A DNA stretch of 32,000 nucleotides from Rhodococcus sp. HNM0569 (GTDB lineage Bacteria > Actinomycetota > Actinomycetes > Mycobacteriales > Mycobacteriaceae). The stretch's first letter is position 1, and every line of letters starts with the position of its first letter. Location: positions 102,444 to 134,443 of the forward strand of contig NZ_JAASAE010000007.1 of assembly GCF_012726205.1 (NCBI RefSeq), written 5' to 3'. Positions 9,202 through 18,438 of the stretch are shown here, in pieces. The notes under the pieces were generated by a model. That model did no database searches. It was not told the origin of the DNA and saw only the letters and a list, made by a program, of their open reading frames with translations. The position numbers and the translations under genes were made by a program.

Positions 9202-10109
9202 TCCTCGTCGTCGTCCTGAGCCTCGCGGCGGCATTCCTGTTCGCGCTCGCGGCGTTCCTCCAGCAACGCGCGGCCCGCGTCGCCGTCGAGTCGCCTGCGA
9301 CACTCAACGCCGCGTCGGGTGTCGCGCGACTGCTGCGGCGGCTCGTGCGCAGCAGGACATGGCTGTCGGGTTGGGTCACCAACCTGCTCGGGTTCGGTAC
9401 GCAGGCCGCCGCGCTCAACCTCGGCTCGGTCGCCGTGGTGCAGCCGTTCATGTCGACGCAGTTGCTGTTCGCCCTGCCACTCGCGTCCGCCGAGCGACGC
9501 CAGTGGCCGTCGATGCGCGACTGGGCGTCGGCGATCGCCGTGTGCGGTGGGCTCGCGCTGCTGCTCACGTCGGAGCGTGCGGCACCGCTCACCGGCCAGC
9601 CGCTGCGTCCGCTCGTCCTGTTGGCGGCGGCGTGCGCGATCGGGCTGATCGTGATCCTGGTGGCGATCGGGCGCGTCGTCCCGCCGCACATCGCGAGCAG
9701 CCTCGTCGCGGTGGGCGCGGGATTGTGCTTCGCGATGAGCGCGGTGTTCATGAAGATGACGATCGACGACCTCGTGGGACGCGGGGTCGCGGCCACCGCG
9801 GTCGACTGGCCCGGCTATGCGCTCGCGGTGTCGACGCTCAGCGGCCTCGTCCTCGAACAACTCGCGTTCGCGAGCGGGGCGCTGCCGTCGGCCGTCGCCG
9901 CCATGAGCGTCACCAATCCACTCGCGAGTTTCGTGATCGGCATGATGGCGTTCGACGTGCCCGCGCCCACCGCGCCGCACGAACTCGCCGCGATCGCCGC
10001 GTCGGGCGTCCTGATCGTGATCGGTGTGACGGGACTCGCACACGCACGCAGCACGGAAATGGTATTCGCGCCCACCCCGCCGGGTGAGCAGAGCCACGAA
10101 CGTGCGTGA
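9198..10109 (+). CDS. Polytopic membrane protein, DMT (drug/metabolite transporter)-like permease
   Basis: 303 aa with roughly 9-10 hydrophobic segments and a two-halves architecture. GTG 9198 overlaps the SDR stop (GTGA). The family assignment is tentative. Confidence 0.6.
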   Translation: MILVVVLSLAAAFLFALAAFLQQRAARVAVESPATLNAASGVARLLRRLVRSRTWLSGWVTNLLGFGTQAAALNLGSVAVVQPFMSTQLLFALPLASAERRQWPSMRDWASAIAVCGGLALLLTSERAAPLTGQPLRPLVLLAAACAIGLIVILVAIGRVVPPHIASSLVAVGAGLCFAMSAVFMKMTIDDLVGRGVAATAVDWPGYALAVSTLSGLVLEQLAFASGALPSAVAAMSVTNPLASFVIGMMAFDVPAPTAPHELAAIAASGVLIVIGVTGLAHARSTEMVFAPTPPGEQSHERA

Positions 10110-10182
10110 CCGCGTCGTTCTCACAGCAAACGCTCACTGCACACACGGTGGAATGCGCCGATTCGATGCCATAGTGGAGTGC

Positions 10183-10887
10183 ATGCCTCATGACGCGGCC
10201 GACGAGGCTCACACGAGCCCGCACCTGCTTCCGTCCCTGCGCCACGACCATCACCACCACCATGTGATCGAGCTCGGCAGACTACGCCCGACGCTGCTGC
10301 GCGGTGCGCGGCTCCTGCTCGAGACGGTCGTCGTGCCCACCCTGTTGCTGTACGCGTGCAGCAACACCGTCGGTCAGTTCTGGGGGTTGGTCGCCGTCCT
10401 GGCGTGGTGCGCGCTCACCGTCAGCGTGCGACTGAGCCTGCGCCAGCGAGTGCCGGGCACCCTGCTGCTGGCGGTCGGCATGCTCGTCGGCCGCACGTCG
10501 GTCGCCCTGGCGTTCTCGAGCGTCTACGTGTATCTGTTCCAGCCGATCGCGGGGTCGCTGTTCATGGCGGCACTGTTCATCGGCAGCGCGCTCGTCGGCA
10601 AACCCGTCACCGCGCGGCTCGCGCAGGACTTCGTGTCGCTACCCGCACATCTGTTCGGCGACCATCGCATCCGCAAGATGTTCGTACAGGTCGCACTGTT
10701 GTGGGGCGCGTCGCGGCTCATCGACGCCGGGATGAGCGTCGGCAGCCTGCACTTCGGTCTCGACGCGGGACTGCTGTCACGCGGCATCCTGAGCACCGGG
10801 CTCACCATCGTCACGATCGGCGTGTGCACGTGGTGGGGCTGGAGCAGGCTGCGGCGGATGCCGGGGATCAGCTTCCGGCTCGGCTGA
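10183..10887 (+). CDS. Polytopic membrane protein of unknown function with a His-rich N-terminus. It may be VC0807/YciB-like; that assignment is tentative.
   Basis: The ORF is in the frame of track entry 10084..10887. ATG 10183 is preceded by GGAG 5 nt upstream and avoids overlap with the previous gene. The N-terminus is MPHDAADEAHTSPHLLPSLRHDHHHHH, followed by about 5-6 hydrophobic helices. Confidence 0.55.
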   Translation: MPHDAADEAHTSPHLLPSLRHDHHHHHVIELGRLRPTLLRGARLLLETVVVPTLLLYACSNTVGQFWGLVAVLAWCALTVSVRLSLRQRVPGTLLLAVGMLVGRTSVALAFSSVYVYLFQPIAGSLFMAALFIGSALVGKPVTARLAQDFVSLPAHLFGDHRIRKMFVQVALLWGASRLIDAGMSVGSLHFGLDAGLLSRGILSTGLTIVTIGVCTWWGWSRLRRMPGISFRLG

Positions 10888-10889
10888 GC

Positions 10890-10917
10890 CCCCGTGCGCG
10901 AAGTCCCCGTGCGCGAA
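10890..10917. repeat. Two direct copies of CCCCGTGCGCGAA (period 15 bp) in the convergent gap after the membrane-protein gene
   Basis: Read directly from the sequence: copies at 10890-10902 and 10905-10917. Confidence 0.8.
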
Positions 10918-10944
10918 AAAGGCGTACGGAGACTCGTGAAGTGC

Positions 10945-11376
10945 TCACGAGCGGGCGAGCGTGACCTGCGTCTTGCCGAGCACCGTCGCGCCGTCCGCCT
11001 TGACCGTGAGATCGACGCGTAGCGCGTCGTCGGCCACGAGACCCACCTTGCCGGTCACGAACAGTTCGACGCCGGTGCCGTCCGGCACGACGACGGGACG
11101 CGTGAAGCGTGTCTCGTAGGCGCGGACGACCGTGGAGTCGCCGCCCGCCCAGTCGACGACGGCCTGCAAGGCGAGCGCCGCGGTCAGCATCCCGTGCGCC
11201 AGCACACCGGGCAGCCCCGCGTCCGCGGCGGCGCGGTCGCTGAAGTGGATCGGGTTGAAGTCGATCGCCGCGCCCGCGTACCGCACGAGACTCTCGCGCG
11301 TCACGCGGACCGACGTGTCGAGCACGATGTCGCCTTTCGACAGGCCATCCAGGTCGGTGTCGAGCACGGCAGTCAT
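10945..11376 (-). CDS. MaoC-family (R)-specific hydratase/dehydratase, HadB-like catalytic subunit
   Basis: 143 aa. The hot-dog hydratase 2 motif region is YAGAAIDFNPIHFSDRAAADAGLPGVLAHGMLT (D-x(4)-H with downstream G). ATG 11376 overlaps the upstream gene's stop (ATGA). Confidence 0.8.
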   Translation of the reverse strand: MTAVLDTDLDGLSKGDIVLDTSVRVTRESLVRYAGAAIDFNPIHFSDRAAADAGLPGVLAHGMLTAALALQAVVDWAGGDSTVVRAYETRFTRPVVVPDGTGVELFVTGKVGLVADDALRVDLTVKADGATVLGKTQVTLARS

Positions 11377-11819
11377 TGCTGTTCTCCGATCAGGAGCGAC
11401 GACGTGACCGTGACGACGTGCTCGCCTGCCTGGTCGTGGACGTCGCTGACGAGGTTCATGAAGGACACGCCGCCGCGTTCGCTGACACCGCTGACGGTGA
11501 TGGTCGTCGCGAGTTCGTCGCCGGCGACGACGTGCCGCGAGAACTCGAGCTTCTCCGTGGTGTGCACCGGCACGTGCCGCGTGAGGTCGATGCCGCTGTC
11601 GGGATCGGACACGAGCGCGTGCACGGCCTCGGTCTGGACGACCTTGACGAACGTCGGCGGCGCGACCACATCACGATGCCCCGCGGCGCGGGCCGCATCG
11701 ACGTCGAAGTGGATGTCGGACGTCGCGGACACGGCGCGCGCGAACTCGGCCACCTTCTCCCGCCCCACGGCATAACGGCTGGGGTCGGTGAACACGCGAC
11801 CGACGATCTGAGGATTCAC
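11373..11819 (-). CDS. MaoC_dehydrat_N-type hot-dog protein, HadA/HadC-like non-catalytic partner
   Basis: The N-terminus VNPQIVGRVFTDPSRYAVGREKVAEFARAV resembles the HadA N-terminus pattern (..IVG..Y..P..Y.V.REKI.EYA.AV). It lacks the D-x4-H motif. The start is uncertain: GTG 11819, GTG 11828 or the track start 11894. Confidence 0.7.
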   Translation of the reverse strand: MNPQIVGRVFTDPSRYAVGREKVAEFARAVSATSDIHFDVDAARAAGHRDVVAPPTFVKVVQTEAVHALVSDPDSGIDLTRHVPVHTTEKLEFSRHVVAGDELATTITVSGVSERGGVSFMNLVSDVHDQAGEHVVTVTSSLLIGEQQ

Positions 11820-11959
11820 GACAGGCACGGTCGGCCAGCGTAGCCGCGCGACGGCCGACCAGGCACTCAACCCCCGCATACTGCGACGCAGCACACGGTG
11901 CGCAGCGCGCAGCGGCGATTGCGGCGCGGAACCGATCCCGTAGGTGCTATGACAGACGC

Positions 11960-14044
11960 GTGAGCGTCGACACGGATCGACCGGCGACGCGCCCCCCGAT
12001 CGGGCGTGAGCTCGCCGCCGGCCTCGCGGTATTCGCGGTCTATCTGCTGGTGGAACTGCTCGCCGGTCCCGGCAGGCGAGCGGTCGCCGATCGCAACGCC
12101 GAGGCGCTGCTGCACTTCGAACAGTGGCTGCACATCGACGTCGAGAAGGCCCTCAACGAATGGATGGAGCCGCATGCACTGCTGACCGTGCTCGCGAACT
12201 ACGAGTACGCGTTCACGTACGTACTGAGCGCGTTCCTGCTGCTCGCGTGGCTCTACGTCAAACATCCCGACGACTATCGCCGCGCACGCAGCTCGTTCAT
12301 CGTGCTCAACCTCCTCTCGATCGCGTGCTTCGCGCTGTTCCCGGTCACACCGCCGCGGCTGCTGCCCGAGCTCGGCTACGTCGACACCGTCGCGCAGGGT
12401 GCGACCGTCGGGTCGTGGGGCTCGCCGCTGGTGTCGCATGCCAATCAGCTCGCGGCGATGCCGTCACTGCACGTCGCGTGGGCGTTGTGGGTCAGCGTCG
12501 TCCTCGCGCGGCTCTCGCGCGGCATCACGGTGCAGATCGTCAGTGCGATCCACGTCGCGATCACGGTGCTCGTGATCGTCGTGACCGCCAACCACTATCT
12601 CGTCGACGCGGTCGCGGCTGTCCCGTTCGTGTGGGCGAGCGTCGCGCTCGTCGACTGGCACCACGGGCGACGACGCGCCGCGCGCGTGCCGTCGGCCGAC
12701 GCGTTCTTCCTGCACGTCGAGTCGGACACCGCGCCGCAGCATGTCGGCGGCATGGTGGTGCTCGCACCCACCGGTACCGGCTCCCCCACGGTCGACGAGG
12801 TGCGCGCGCACGTGCGCGACCAGCTGGGCAACCTTCCGCGGTTCACGCAGCAGCTCGCACCGCTCACCACGTGGCGTCGACCACGCTGGGTCGCGGCCGA
12901 CGACATCGACTGGACCTGGCATGTCACCGAACGCACGGCGACCGACCCCGGCGAGAAGAACGGTGTCGAGCACGCGTCGGCGGCGCTGTCCCGGGCAATC
13001 GCTGATCTCGCCGCCGAGCGGCTGCCGCTCGACCGGCCACTGTGGCGCATCGTGCTCGTGCGCGAGATCTCGCCCGGACGAACCGGACTCGCTTTCCTCG
13101 TGCACCACTGCGTCGCCGACGGCATCGGCACGGTCGTGCAGGCGATGGAGTTGCTGCGACCGCGCATCGAGCTGCCGAGCGGCCATGCCGGCCCCGGAGC
13201 GCTGAAGACCGCGGCCGCGACCGTCGCCGGGCTCGCGCAGCTCGCAACCGACGGCAAGCCCGCCGCGAAACTCCCGCCGGGGTCGGCGGCGCGCGGATTC
13301 TCGACCGCCGCACTCGACCTCGCGTCGGTGCGTGCGATCGCGAAGAGCAACGGTGCGCGCGTCACCGACGTCGTGCTGACCGTCGTCGCCGAAGCCGTCG
13401 AGCGCACGCATCCGGAGTTCGCGGAGTCGTCGCTGCGCGGCAAGATGCGCGCGTCGGTACCGATCATGTTGCGCGAACCCGACTCCGCCGCGGAGGGCAA
13501 TGTCACGGCGGCGGTCATGCTCGATCTGCCGCTCGGCGACATGCCGGTGCGCGAGCGGCTCGCCCGCATCTCCCGCGTGAGCACGCGACTGCGCACGCCC
13601 ACGCGTGCGCTCGCGTCACGCTTCGTGATGGCGCACGTCCTCGCCGCGCTACCCGTGCCTGTACAACGCTGGTTCGCGCGCACCGTGTACGGGCCGTCGT
13701 TCCTGCAGGCCGTCGTGTCGAACATGCCGGGCCCGACGGTGCCGATGACGTTCATGGACGCACCGCTCGACCGGGTGGTGCCGATCCTGCCGCTCGCACC
13801 GGACGCACCGCTCGCGCTCGGCGCCCTCAGCTGGAACGGCGAACTCGGTATCGGCCTCGCGGTGGACGGGCACGTCCTCGACGCCACGGCCCTGACGGCG
13901 GCGATGAGCGACGTGGTCGACGCACTCGCCGACGAGGGAGCGCAGGCAGGCGTCGGCTACTCGGGGCCCCACTCGAGTGCGAGCAACATGCGGGCCCTCT
14001 CCCGCGGGGAGTCGAGCGCCGAACCGAAGTACTTGCGCAACTGA
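11960..14044 (+). CDS. Fusion protein: N-terminal PAP2_3-type (AUR1/IPC-synthase-like) lipid phosphatase/phosphotransferase membrane domain plus C-terminal wax ester synthase/diacylglycerol acyltransferase (WS/DGAT)
   Basis: Single 694-aa ORF. Residues about 1-233 are hydrophobic helices with PAP2 C2/C3-like motifs MPSLH (aa 167-171) and NHYLVD (aa 211-216). Residues about 243-665 show the WS/DGAT N-terminal pattern ADAFFLHVESDTAPQHVGG, the catalytic HHCVADG (aa 382-388) and the C-terminal NMPGP block. Confidence 0.85.
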   Translation: MSVDTDRPATRPPIGRELAAGLAVFAVYLLVELLAGPGRRAVADRNAEALLHFEQWLHIDVEKALNEWMEPHALLTVLANYEYAFTYVLSAFLLLAWLYVKHPDDYRRARSSFIVLNLLSIACFALFPVTPPRLLPELGYVDTVAQGATVGSWGSPLVSHANQLAAMPSLHVAWALWVSVVLARLSRGITVQIVSAIHVAITVLVIVVTANHYLVDAVAAVPFVWASVALVDWHHGRRRAARVPSADAFFLHVESDTAPQHVGGMVVLAPTGTGSPTVDEVRAHVRDQLGNLPRFTQQLAPLTTWRRPRWVAADDIDWTWHVTERTATDPGEKNGVEHASAALSRAIADLAAERLPLDRPLWRIVLVREISPGRTGLAFLVHHCVADGIGTVVQAMELLRPRIELPSGHAGPGALKTAAATVAGLAQLATDGKPAAKLPPGSAARGFSTAALDLASVRAIAKSNGARVTDVVLTVVAEAVERTHPEFAESSLRGKMRASVPIMLREPDSAAEGNVTAAVMLDLPLGDMPVRERLARISRVSTRLRTPTRALASRFVMAHVLAALPVPVQRWFARTVYGPSFLQAVVSNMPGPTVPMTFMDAPLDRVVPILPLAPDAPLALGALSWNGELGIGLAVDGHVLDATALTAAMSDVVDALADEGAQAGVGYSGPHSSASNMRALSRGESSAEPKYLRN

Positions 14045-15153
14045 GTGACTCGATAGCGCACCGTCTGCGGGTGGATGAACAACTCGTCGGCGACGGCGTG
14101 CCGGTCGCCCATGTTCCGCAACCACGACGCAAGCGTCTCGACGAGCCTGTTCCGTGTGCCCGCGGGCAGCCCGTCGAGCGGCGCGAGGATCTGTTCGCGC
14201 AGCGCCGCGATGATGCGGCCGTCGCGGTGGACGATGATCGTGTCGAGGTGATCGTGCACGAACAGCGGGTCGCCGCGCAGCAGGCCGCGTCCCTGGAGTT
14301 CCATCGCACTCTGCGGGATCCGAGTGCTCGCGGGCAGCTTGTCGAGCGGAACCGTGTGTCCCACGACGGCATTCGCGCCGCGCAGCATGCGACTGATCTG
14401 TTCGGCGCGGACCGGGGTGAGCGGACCGGGCACGATCGCCCCGTACATCGCCGACTGCCGCACCGGCAGGCACCGGTAGTCGAGGCGTTCGACGATCGCG
14501 CGCGCCGCGAGATCCGAGGGATCGACGAGCACGAGTGCCGCCTCCTGCGGCAGCGGCCAGCGCGCACGCTCGGCCGCCGACTGCACCGCGAGCGTGTCCG
14601 ATCGGCTCGACAGCAGCAGATCCGACAGCTCGCGCCGCAGCCGCTCACGTTCCGCGCTCGATTCGGACTGCTCGAGCACGTATCCGTGGGCAGACGCGGA
14701 GGAGAGTTGGTCGACGAACACGAACACCGCTTCGGCGAGCGCCGCGAGCACGTCCGACTGCAAGTGCATCTCGAGCGCCGTGTCGGAGACCTGCCGCCAC
14801 GCCGTCCGCGCCCCCACCTGATAGGCCGACAGCAGTTCCGTCAACTCGCGTCCGTGCACCCACTGCATCCGGCCGATCTGTTCGAACACGAGTTGCGCGG
14901 TCGGTTCGGCCTCGAGCGACTCGGGTTCGAGGTGCGCCAACGCCCGCGCGGCGACGACACGCAACCGGTGGATGAACACATTCGCGGCCTCGGCGACATC
15001 GATGTTGTTCTCGTCGAGAAATTCGGCGTAATCGGGCCAATCGGGCCGCAGCAGATCACCGACTTCCACCAGTAACCGGGGAAGTCGGCCGTTGAGAGCC
15101 TGCTCGAGCGCGTCGAGTTCGGTGTCGATCCGCGCTGTGTCGGCGTCGGTCAC
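13957..15153 (-). CDS. PucR-family transcriptional regulator (C-terminal PucR HTH)
   Basis: The C-terminus ...[41 protein letters not shown]... is the PucR_C helix-turn-helix. The start is set at GTG 15153 because codons 15154-15213 have low third-position GC and the track start is a TTG. The gene's 3' end overlaps the previous CDS by 88 nt. Confidence 0.8.
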   Translation of the reverse strand: MTDADTARIDTELDALEQALNGRLPRLLVEVGDLLRPDWPDYAEFLDENNIDVAEAANVFIHRLRVVAARALAHLEPESLEAEPTAQLVFEQIGRMQWVHGRELTELLSAYQVGARTAWRQVSDTALEMHLQSDVLAALAEAVFVFVDQLSSASAHGYVLEQSESSAERERLRRELSDLLLSSRSDTLAVQSAAERARWPLPQEAALVLVDPSDLAARAIVERLDYRCLPVRQSAMYGAIVPGPLTPVRAEQISRMLRGANAVVGHTVPLDKLPASTRIPQSAMELQGRGLLRGDPLFVHDHLDTIIVHRDGRIIAALREQILAPLDGLPAGTRNRLVETLASWLRNMGDRHAVADELFIHPQTVRYRVTQLRKYFGSALDSPRERARMLLALEWGPE

Positions 15154-15190
15154 CTTTACAGCAATACACCATTCACCCGCACCGTTCTCC

Positions 15191-15204
15191 CGGAACTTGT
15201 TCCG
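15191..15204. promoter_or_regulatory. Perfect 14-bp palindrome CGGAAC-TT-GTTCCG in the relatively AT-rich PucR / hpnC divergent region; candidate operator
   Basis: Read directly from the sequence. It lies between divergent starts 15153 (minus) and 15282 (plus). The binding factor is unknown. Confidence 0.35.
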
Positions 15205-15281
15205 AAATGACAAATTCGGGGATGGAGAACTACTCGCGTCGTTGCAGATTTCACACGAATTGCGGCGGGAGAATAGCGAGC

Positions 15282-16196
15282 ATGCCCTTCAGCGGTTTCG
15301 AGTCCCCGCGTGTGCAGAACACGACGCCGGGGCGCGGCGACGGCCGCGAGCCGAGCACCGCCACGCTGGACCAGCTCGCGCACGCGGAGAACTTTCCCGT
15401 CGCGCTGCGCGTGCTCCCCCGGTCCGTGCGCGCCGACCTGCGCGCGGTGTACGCCGTCGCGCGCACGATCGACGAGCTGGGCGACAGCGCACCGGGCGAC
15501 CGCACGGCCGCACTCGCCGACTTCCGCACCGACCTGCACCGCGTCTGGGCGGGCCGGACACCGCGCCGCGCCGTGCTGCGGTCGCTCGTCCCCACGGTGC
15601 GCGCACACGAGCTCGAGGCGACACCGTTCGACCGACTGATCGACGCGAACCTCGCGGACCAGCACACCCACACGTACGACACGTTCGACGAGTTGATCGG
15701 CTACTGCACGCTGTCGGCGGATCCGATCGGACGGCTGGTCCTTGCGGTGTTCGACCAGGACACACCACCGGCACGCGCACTGTCCGACACCGTGTGCCGC
15801 GCACTGCAACTGCTCGAACACTGGCAGGACGTCGCCGAGGACCGGCGGGCGGGCCGCGTCTACCTGCCGCGCGAGGACATGGTGCGGTTCGGCGTCACCG
15901 GCACCGACCTCGACGCGGCGCACGCGAACGACGCTGTGCGGCGGTTGATGCGCTTCGAGATCGACCGCGCGTCGGAACTGCTCGAGTCCGGCGCGCCGCT
16001 CGTGGGCATGTTGCGTGGCTGGGCGCGCGTCGCCGTCGCCGGCTACGTCGCGGGCGGGCGCGCCGCCGCACACGGCCTGAGACGCACCGGCGGCGACGTG
16101 CTCGGGATCGAGGCGATCACCCGCAAACGCGACGTATTCCGATCAGCGTGCGCACTGTCGTTACGTCCGCCGAGCGCGAAAGAGGCTGTCGCATGA
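15282..16196 (+). CDS. hpnC: Squalene synthase HpnC (hydroxysqualene synthase; PSPP to hydroxysqualene)
   Basis: Squalene/phytoene synthase fold with the HpnC-type N-terminus [14 protein letters not shown] and Asp-rich motifs ARTIDELGD and [16 protein letters not shown]. The start is set at ATG 15282 because upstream in-frame codons include rare AGA/ATA/TTT. GGGAGA lies 9 nt upstream. Confidence 0.85.
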   Translation: MPFSGFESPRVQNTTPGRGDGREPSTATLDQLAHAENFPVALRVLPRSVRADLRAVYAVARTIDELGDSAPGDRTAALADFRTDLHRVWAGRTPRRAVLRSLVPTVRAHELEATPFDRLIDANLADQHTHTYDTFDELIGYCTLSADPIGRLVLAVFDQDTPPARALSDTVCRALQLLEHWQDVAEDRRAGRVYLPREDMVRFGVTGTDLDAAHANDAVRRLMRFEIDRASELLESGAPLVGMLRGWARVAVAGYVAGGRAAAHGLRRTGGDVLGIEAITRKRDVFRSACALSLRPPSAKEAVA

Positions 16197-17077
16197 CCAC
16201 GATCGACGACGCATACCGCACCGCGGAGGACGTGACCCGCACCGAGGCCAAGAACTTCTACTACGGCATCCGGCTGCTGCCACCGCCCAAGCGGTCCGCG
16301 CTGTGCGCGGTGTATGCGCTCGCGCGGCGCATCGACGACATCGGCGACGGCGACCTGCCGCCCGCGCAGAAGGTCACCGACCTCGCAGGCGTCCGCAAAT
16401 CGCTCGACACCCTGACCGATTCGCCCGACCCGGTGCTCGCCGCGGTCGGCGACGCGGCTCGGCGGTATCCGATCCCGATCTCGGCCTTCGGCGAACTCAT
16501 CGACGGCGTGCAGATGGACCTCGACGAGGTCACCTACGCGACCTTCCCCGAACTCGTCCTGTACTGCCGCCGTGTCGCGGGCGCCGTCGGACGGCTGTGT
16601 CTCGCGATCTTCGGCAGCGACGACGCGGGAAACGGTCGCGACGGCGGCCTCGACCCGCGTGCGTCCCGATACGCCGATCAGCTCGGGATCGCCCTGCAAC
16701 AGACCAACATTCTGCGCGACGTGCGCGAAGACCTCATGAACGGCCGCGTGTACCTGCCGCAGGACGAACTCGACCGGTTCGGCGTGCGGCTCGCCGTCGA
16801 CGAGAACGGCGAACTCGACGACCCGGACGGCGGCCTCGCGGCGCTGCTGCGCTTCTCGGCTACGCGCGCACAGGACTGGTATTCGCTGGGACTGCGACTG
16901 ATTCCGCACCTCGACAAGCGCAGCGCCGCGTGCACTCTCGCGATGGCCGGAATCTACCGGCACCTGCTGGTGCGCATCCACGACTCGCCCGCGTGCGTCT
17001 ACGACCGGAGGCTGTCGCTGTCGGGCATCGAGAAGGCCCGGGTCGCGGCCACCGCACTCACCAGGGCGGCCCTGTGA
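16193..17077 (+). CDS. hpnD: Presqualene diphosphate synthase HpnD
   Basis: 294 aa with the motifs [22 protein letters not shown] and [21 protein letters not shown] 16193 overlaps the hpnC stop (ATGA). Confidence 0.85.
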   Translation: MTTIDDAYRTAEDVTRTEAKNFYYGIRLLPPPKRSALCAVYALARRIDDIGDGDLPPAQKVTDLAGVRKSLDTLTDSPDPVLAAVGDAARRYPIPISAFGELIDGVQMDLDEVTYATFPELVLYCRRVAGAVGRLCLAIFGSDDAGNGRDGGLDPRASRYADQLGIALQQTNILRDVREDLMNGRVYLPQDELDRFGVRLAVDENGELDDPDGGLAALLRFSATRAQDWYSLGLRLIPHLDKRSAACTLAMAGIYRHLLVRIHDSPACVYDRRLSLSGIEKARVAATALTRAAL

Positions 17078-18438
17078 CGCCCGGCGGAGTCGCAGGCCCG
17101 CGGCGCGTCGCCGTCGTGGGCGGCGGACTCGCGGGGCTCACCGCGGCGCTGCGTCTCGCCGACGCAGGCGCCGCCGTCACGCTGCACGAGGCGAAACCAC
17201 GGCTCGGCGGGCTCACCTCGTCGTTCCGGCGCGGCGAGCTGTGGGTCGACAACGGGCAGCACGTCTTCCTGCGCTGCTGCACGTCCTACCGCGCGTTCCT
17301 CGACCGGCTCGGCGTCACCGAGCTGACGACTCTTCAGGACCGGCTAGACATCCCGGTGCGCAGCGACACCGCCGAGGCGCGGCTGCGTCGTGGACGGATG
17401 CCCGCGCCGCTGCATCTCGCGGCATCGCTGGCGCGTTACCCGTGGCTCACCACGCTCGATCGTGCGCGTTTCGTGCGTGCCGCGCTCGCGCTGCGTGCCG
17501 TCGACCGCGACGACCCTCGTACCGACGATCTGTCGTTCGGCCGGTGGCTGCGCAGCCGCGGCCAGGATCCCGCAGCGGTCGGGTCGCTGTGGGATCTCGT
17601 GGGTGTCGCAACCCTCAACGTCCGCGCCGACGACGCGTCGCTCGCGCTCGCCGCCACGGTGTTCCAGATCGGGATGCTCACCGACCGCGCTGGCGGCGAC
17701 ATTGGGTGGGCGCGTGTGCCTTTGCAGCAACTGCACGGCGACGCCGCGGGTTCGGCGCTTGCCGATGCGGGCGCCGACGTGCACACCCGCAGCAAGGTGC
17801 GCGCACTGCACCCGGTCGGCTCCGGCTGGACGGTCGTCACCGACGACGGCCGCGAAGACGTCGACGACGTGGTGGTCGCGGCCCCGCCTGCCGTCACCGA
17901 ATCGCTCGTGCCCCACGGCGCGCTCGACGTGCCTGCGGGCTGGTCGCGCGAACTCGGTGTCTCCCCGATCGTCAACCTGCACGTCGTCACCGACCGCCGC
18001 GTCCTCGACACGCCGTTCGTGGCAACCGCGGGCAGCGACGTGCAGTGGGTGTTCGATCGCACCGACCAGTCGTCGCTGACGTCCGGGCAGTACCTCGCGG
18101 TGTCCGTCTCGGCTGCCGACGAGTTCGTCGATGCCCCGACTGCCGCGCTGCGCACACACTTCGCACCCCAGCTGCAGGCCGTCCTGCCCCGGCTGCGCGA
18201 CGCGCACGTGCACGAGTTCTTCGTCACCCGCGAACGCGAGGCGACCTTCCGCGCAGCGCCCGGCACCGCGCGGCTTCGGCCGGGCAATCGCACGCGCGCG
18301 CCGGGCCTGTACGTCGCGGGCGCGTGGACCGCGACGGGCTGGCCCGCAACCATGGAAAGCGCTGTGCGCAGCGGCGATGCCGCCGCCGACGCGCTACTCG
18401 AGGACGCCCGGGACAGTGACACGAGGGAGGCAGCATGA
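17074..18438 (+). CDS. hpnE: Hydroxysqualene dehydroxylase HpnE (FAD-dependent, amine-oxidase/phytoene-desaturase fold)
   Basis: 454 aa with the N-terminal dinucleotide motif [21 protein letters not shown]. Its position follows hpnC-hpnD. GTG 17074 overlaps the hpnD stop (GTGA). Confidence 0.8.
   Translation: MTPGGVAGPRRVAVVGGGLAGLTAALRLADAGAAVTLHEAKPRLGGLTSSFRRGELWVDNGQHVFLRCCTSYRAFLDRLGVTELTTLQDRLDIPVRSDTAEARLRRGRMPAPLHLAASLARYPWLTTLDRARFVRAALALRAVDRDDPRTDDLSFGRWLRSRGQDPAAVGSLWDLVGVATLNVRADDASLALAATVFQIGMLTDRAGGDIGWARVPLQQLHGDAAGSALADAGADVHTRSKVRALHPVGSGWTVVTDDGREDVDDVVVAAPPAVTESLVPHGALDVPAGWSRELGVSPIVNLHVVTDRRVLDTPFVATAGSDVQWVFDRTDQSSLTSGQYLAVSVSAADEFVDAPTAALRTHFAPQLQAVLPRLRDAHVHEFFVTREREATFRAAPGTARLRPGNRTRAPGLYVAGAWTATGWPATMESAVRSGDAAADALLEDARDSDTREAA

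Noticed and set aside
15207-15281. N-terminal extension of hpnC (track start 15207), and likewise of the PucR gene (TTG 15213).
   Set aside because: These codons have low third-position GC and use rare codons (AGA, ATA, TTT, AAT), unlike the downstream coding sequence. Using both extensions would make the two divergent genes overlap.
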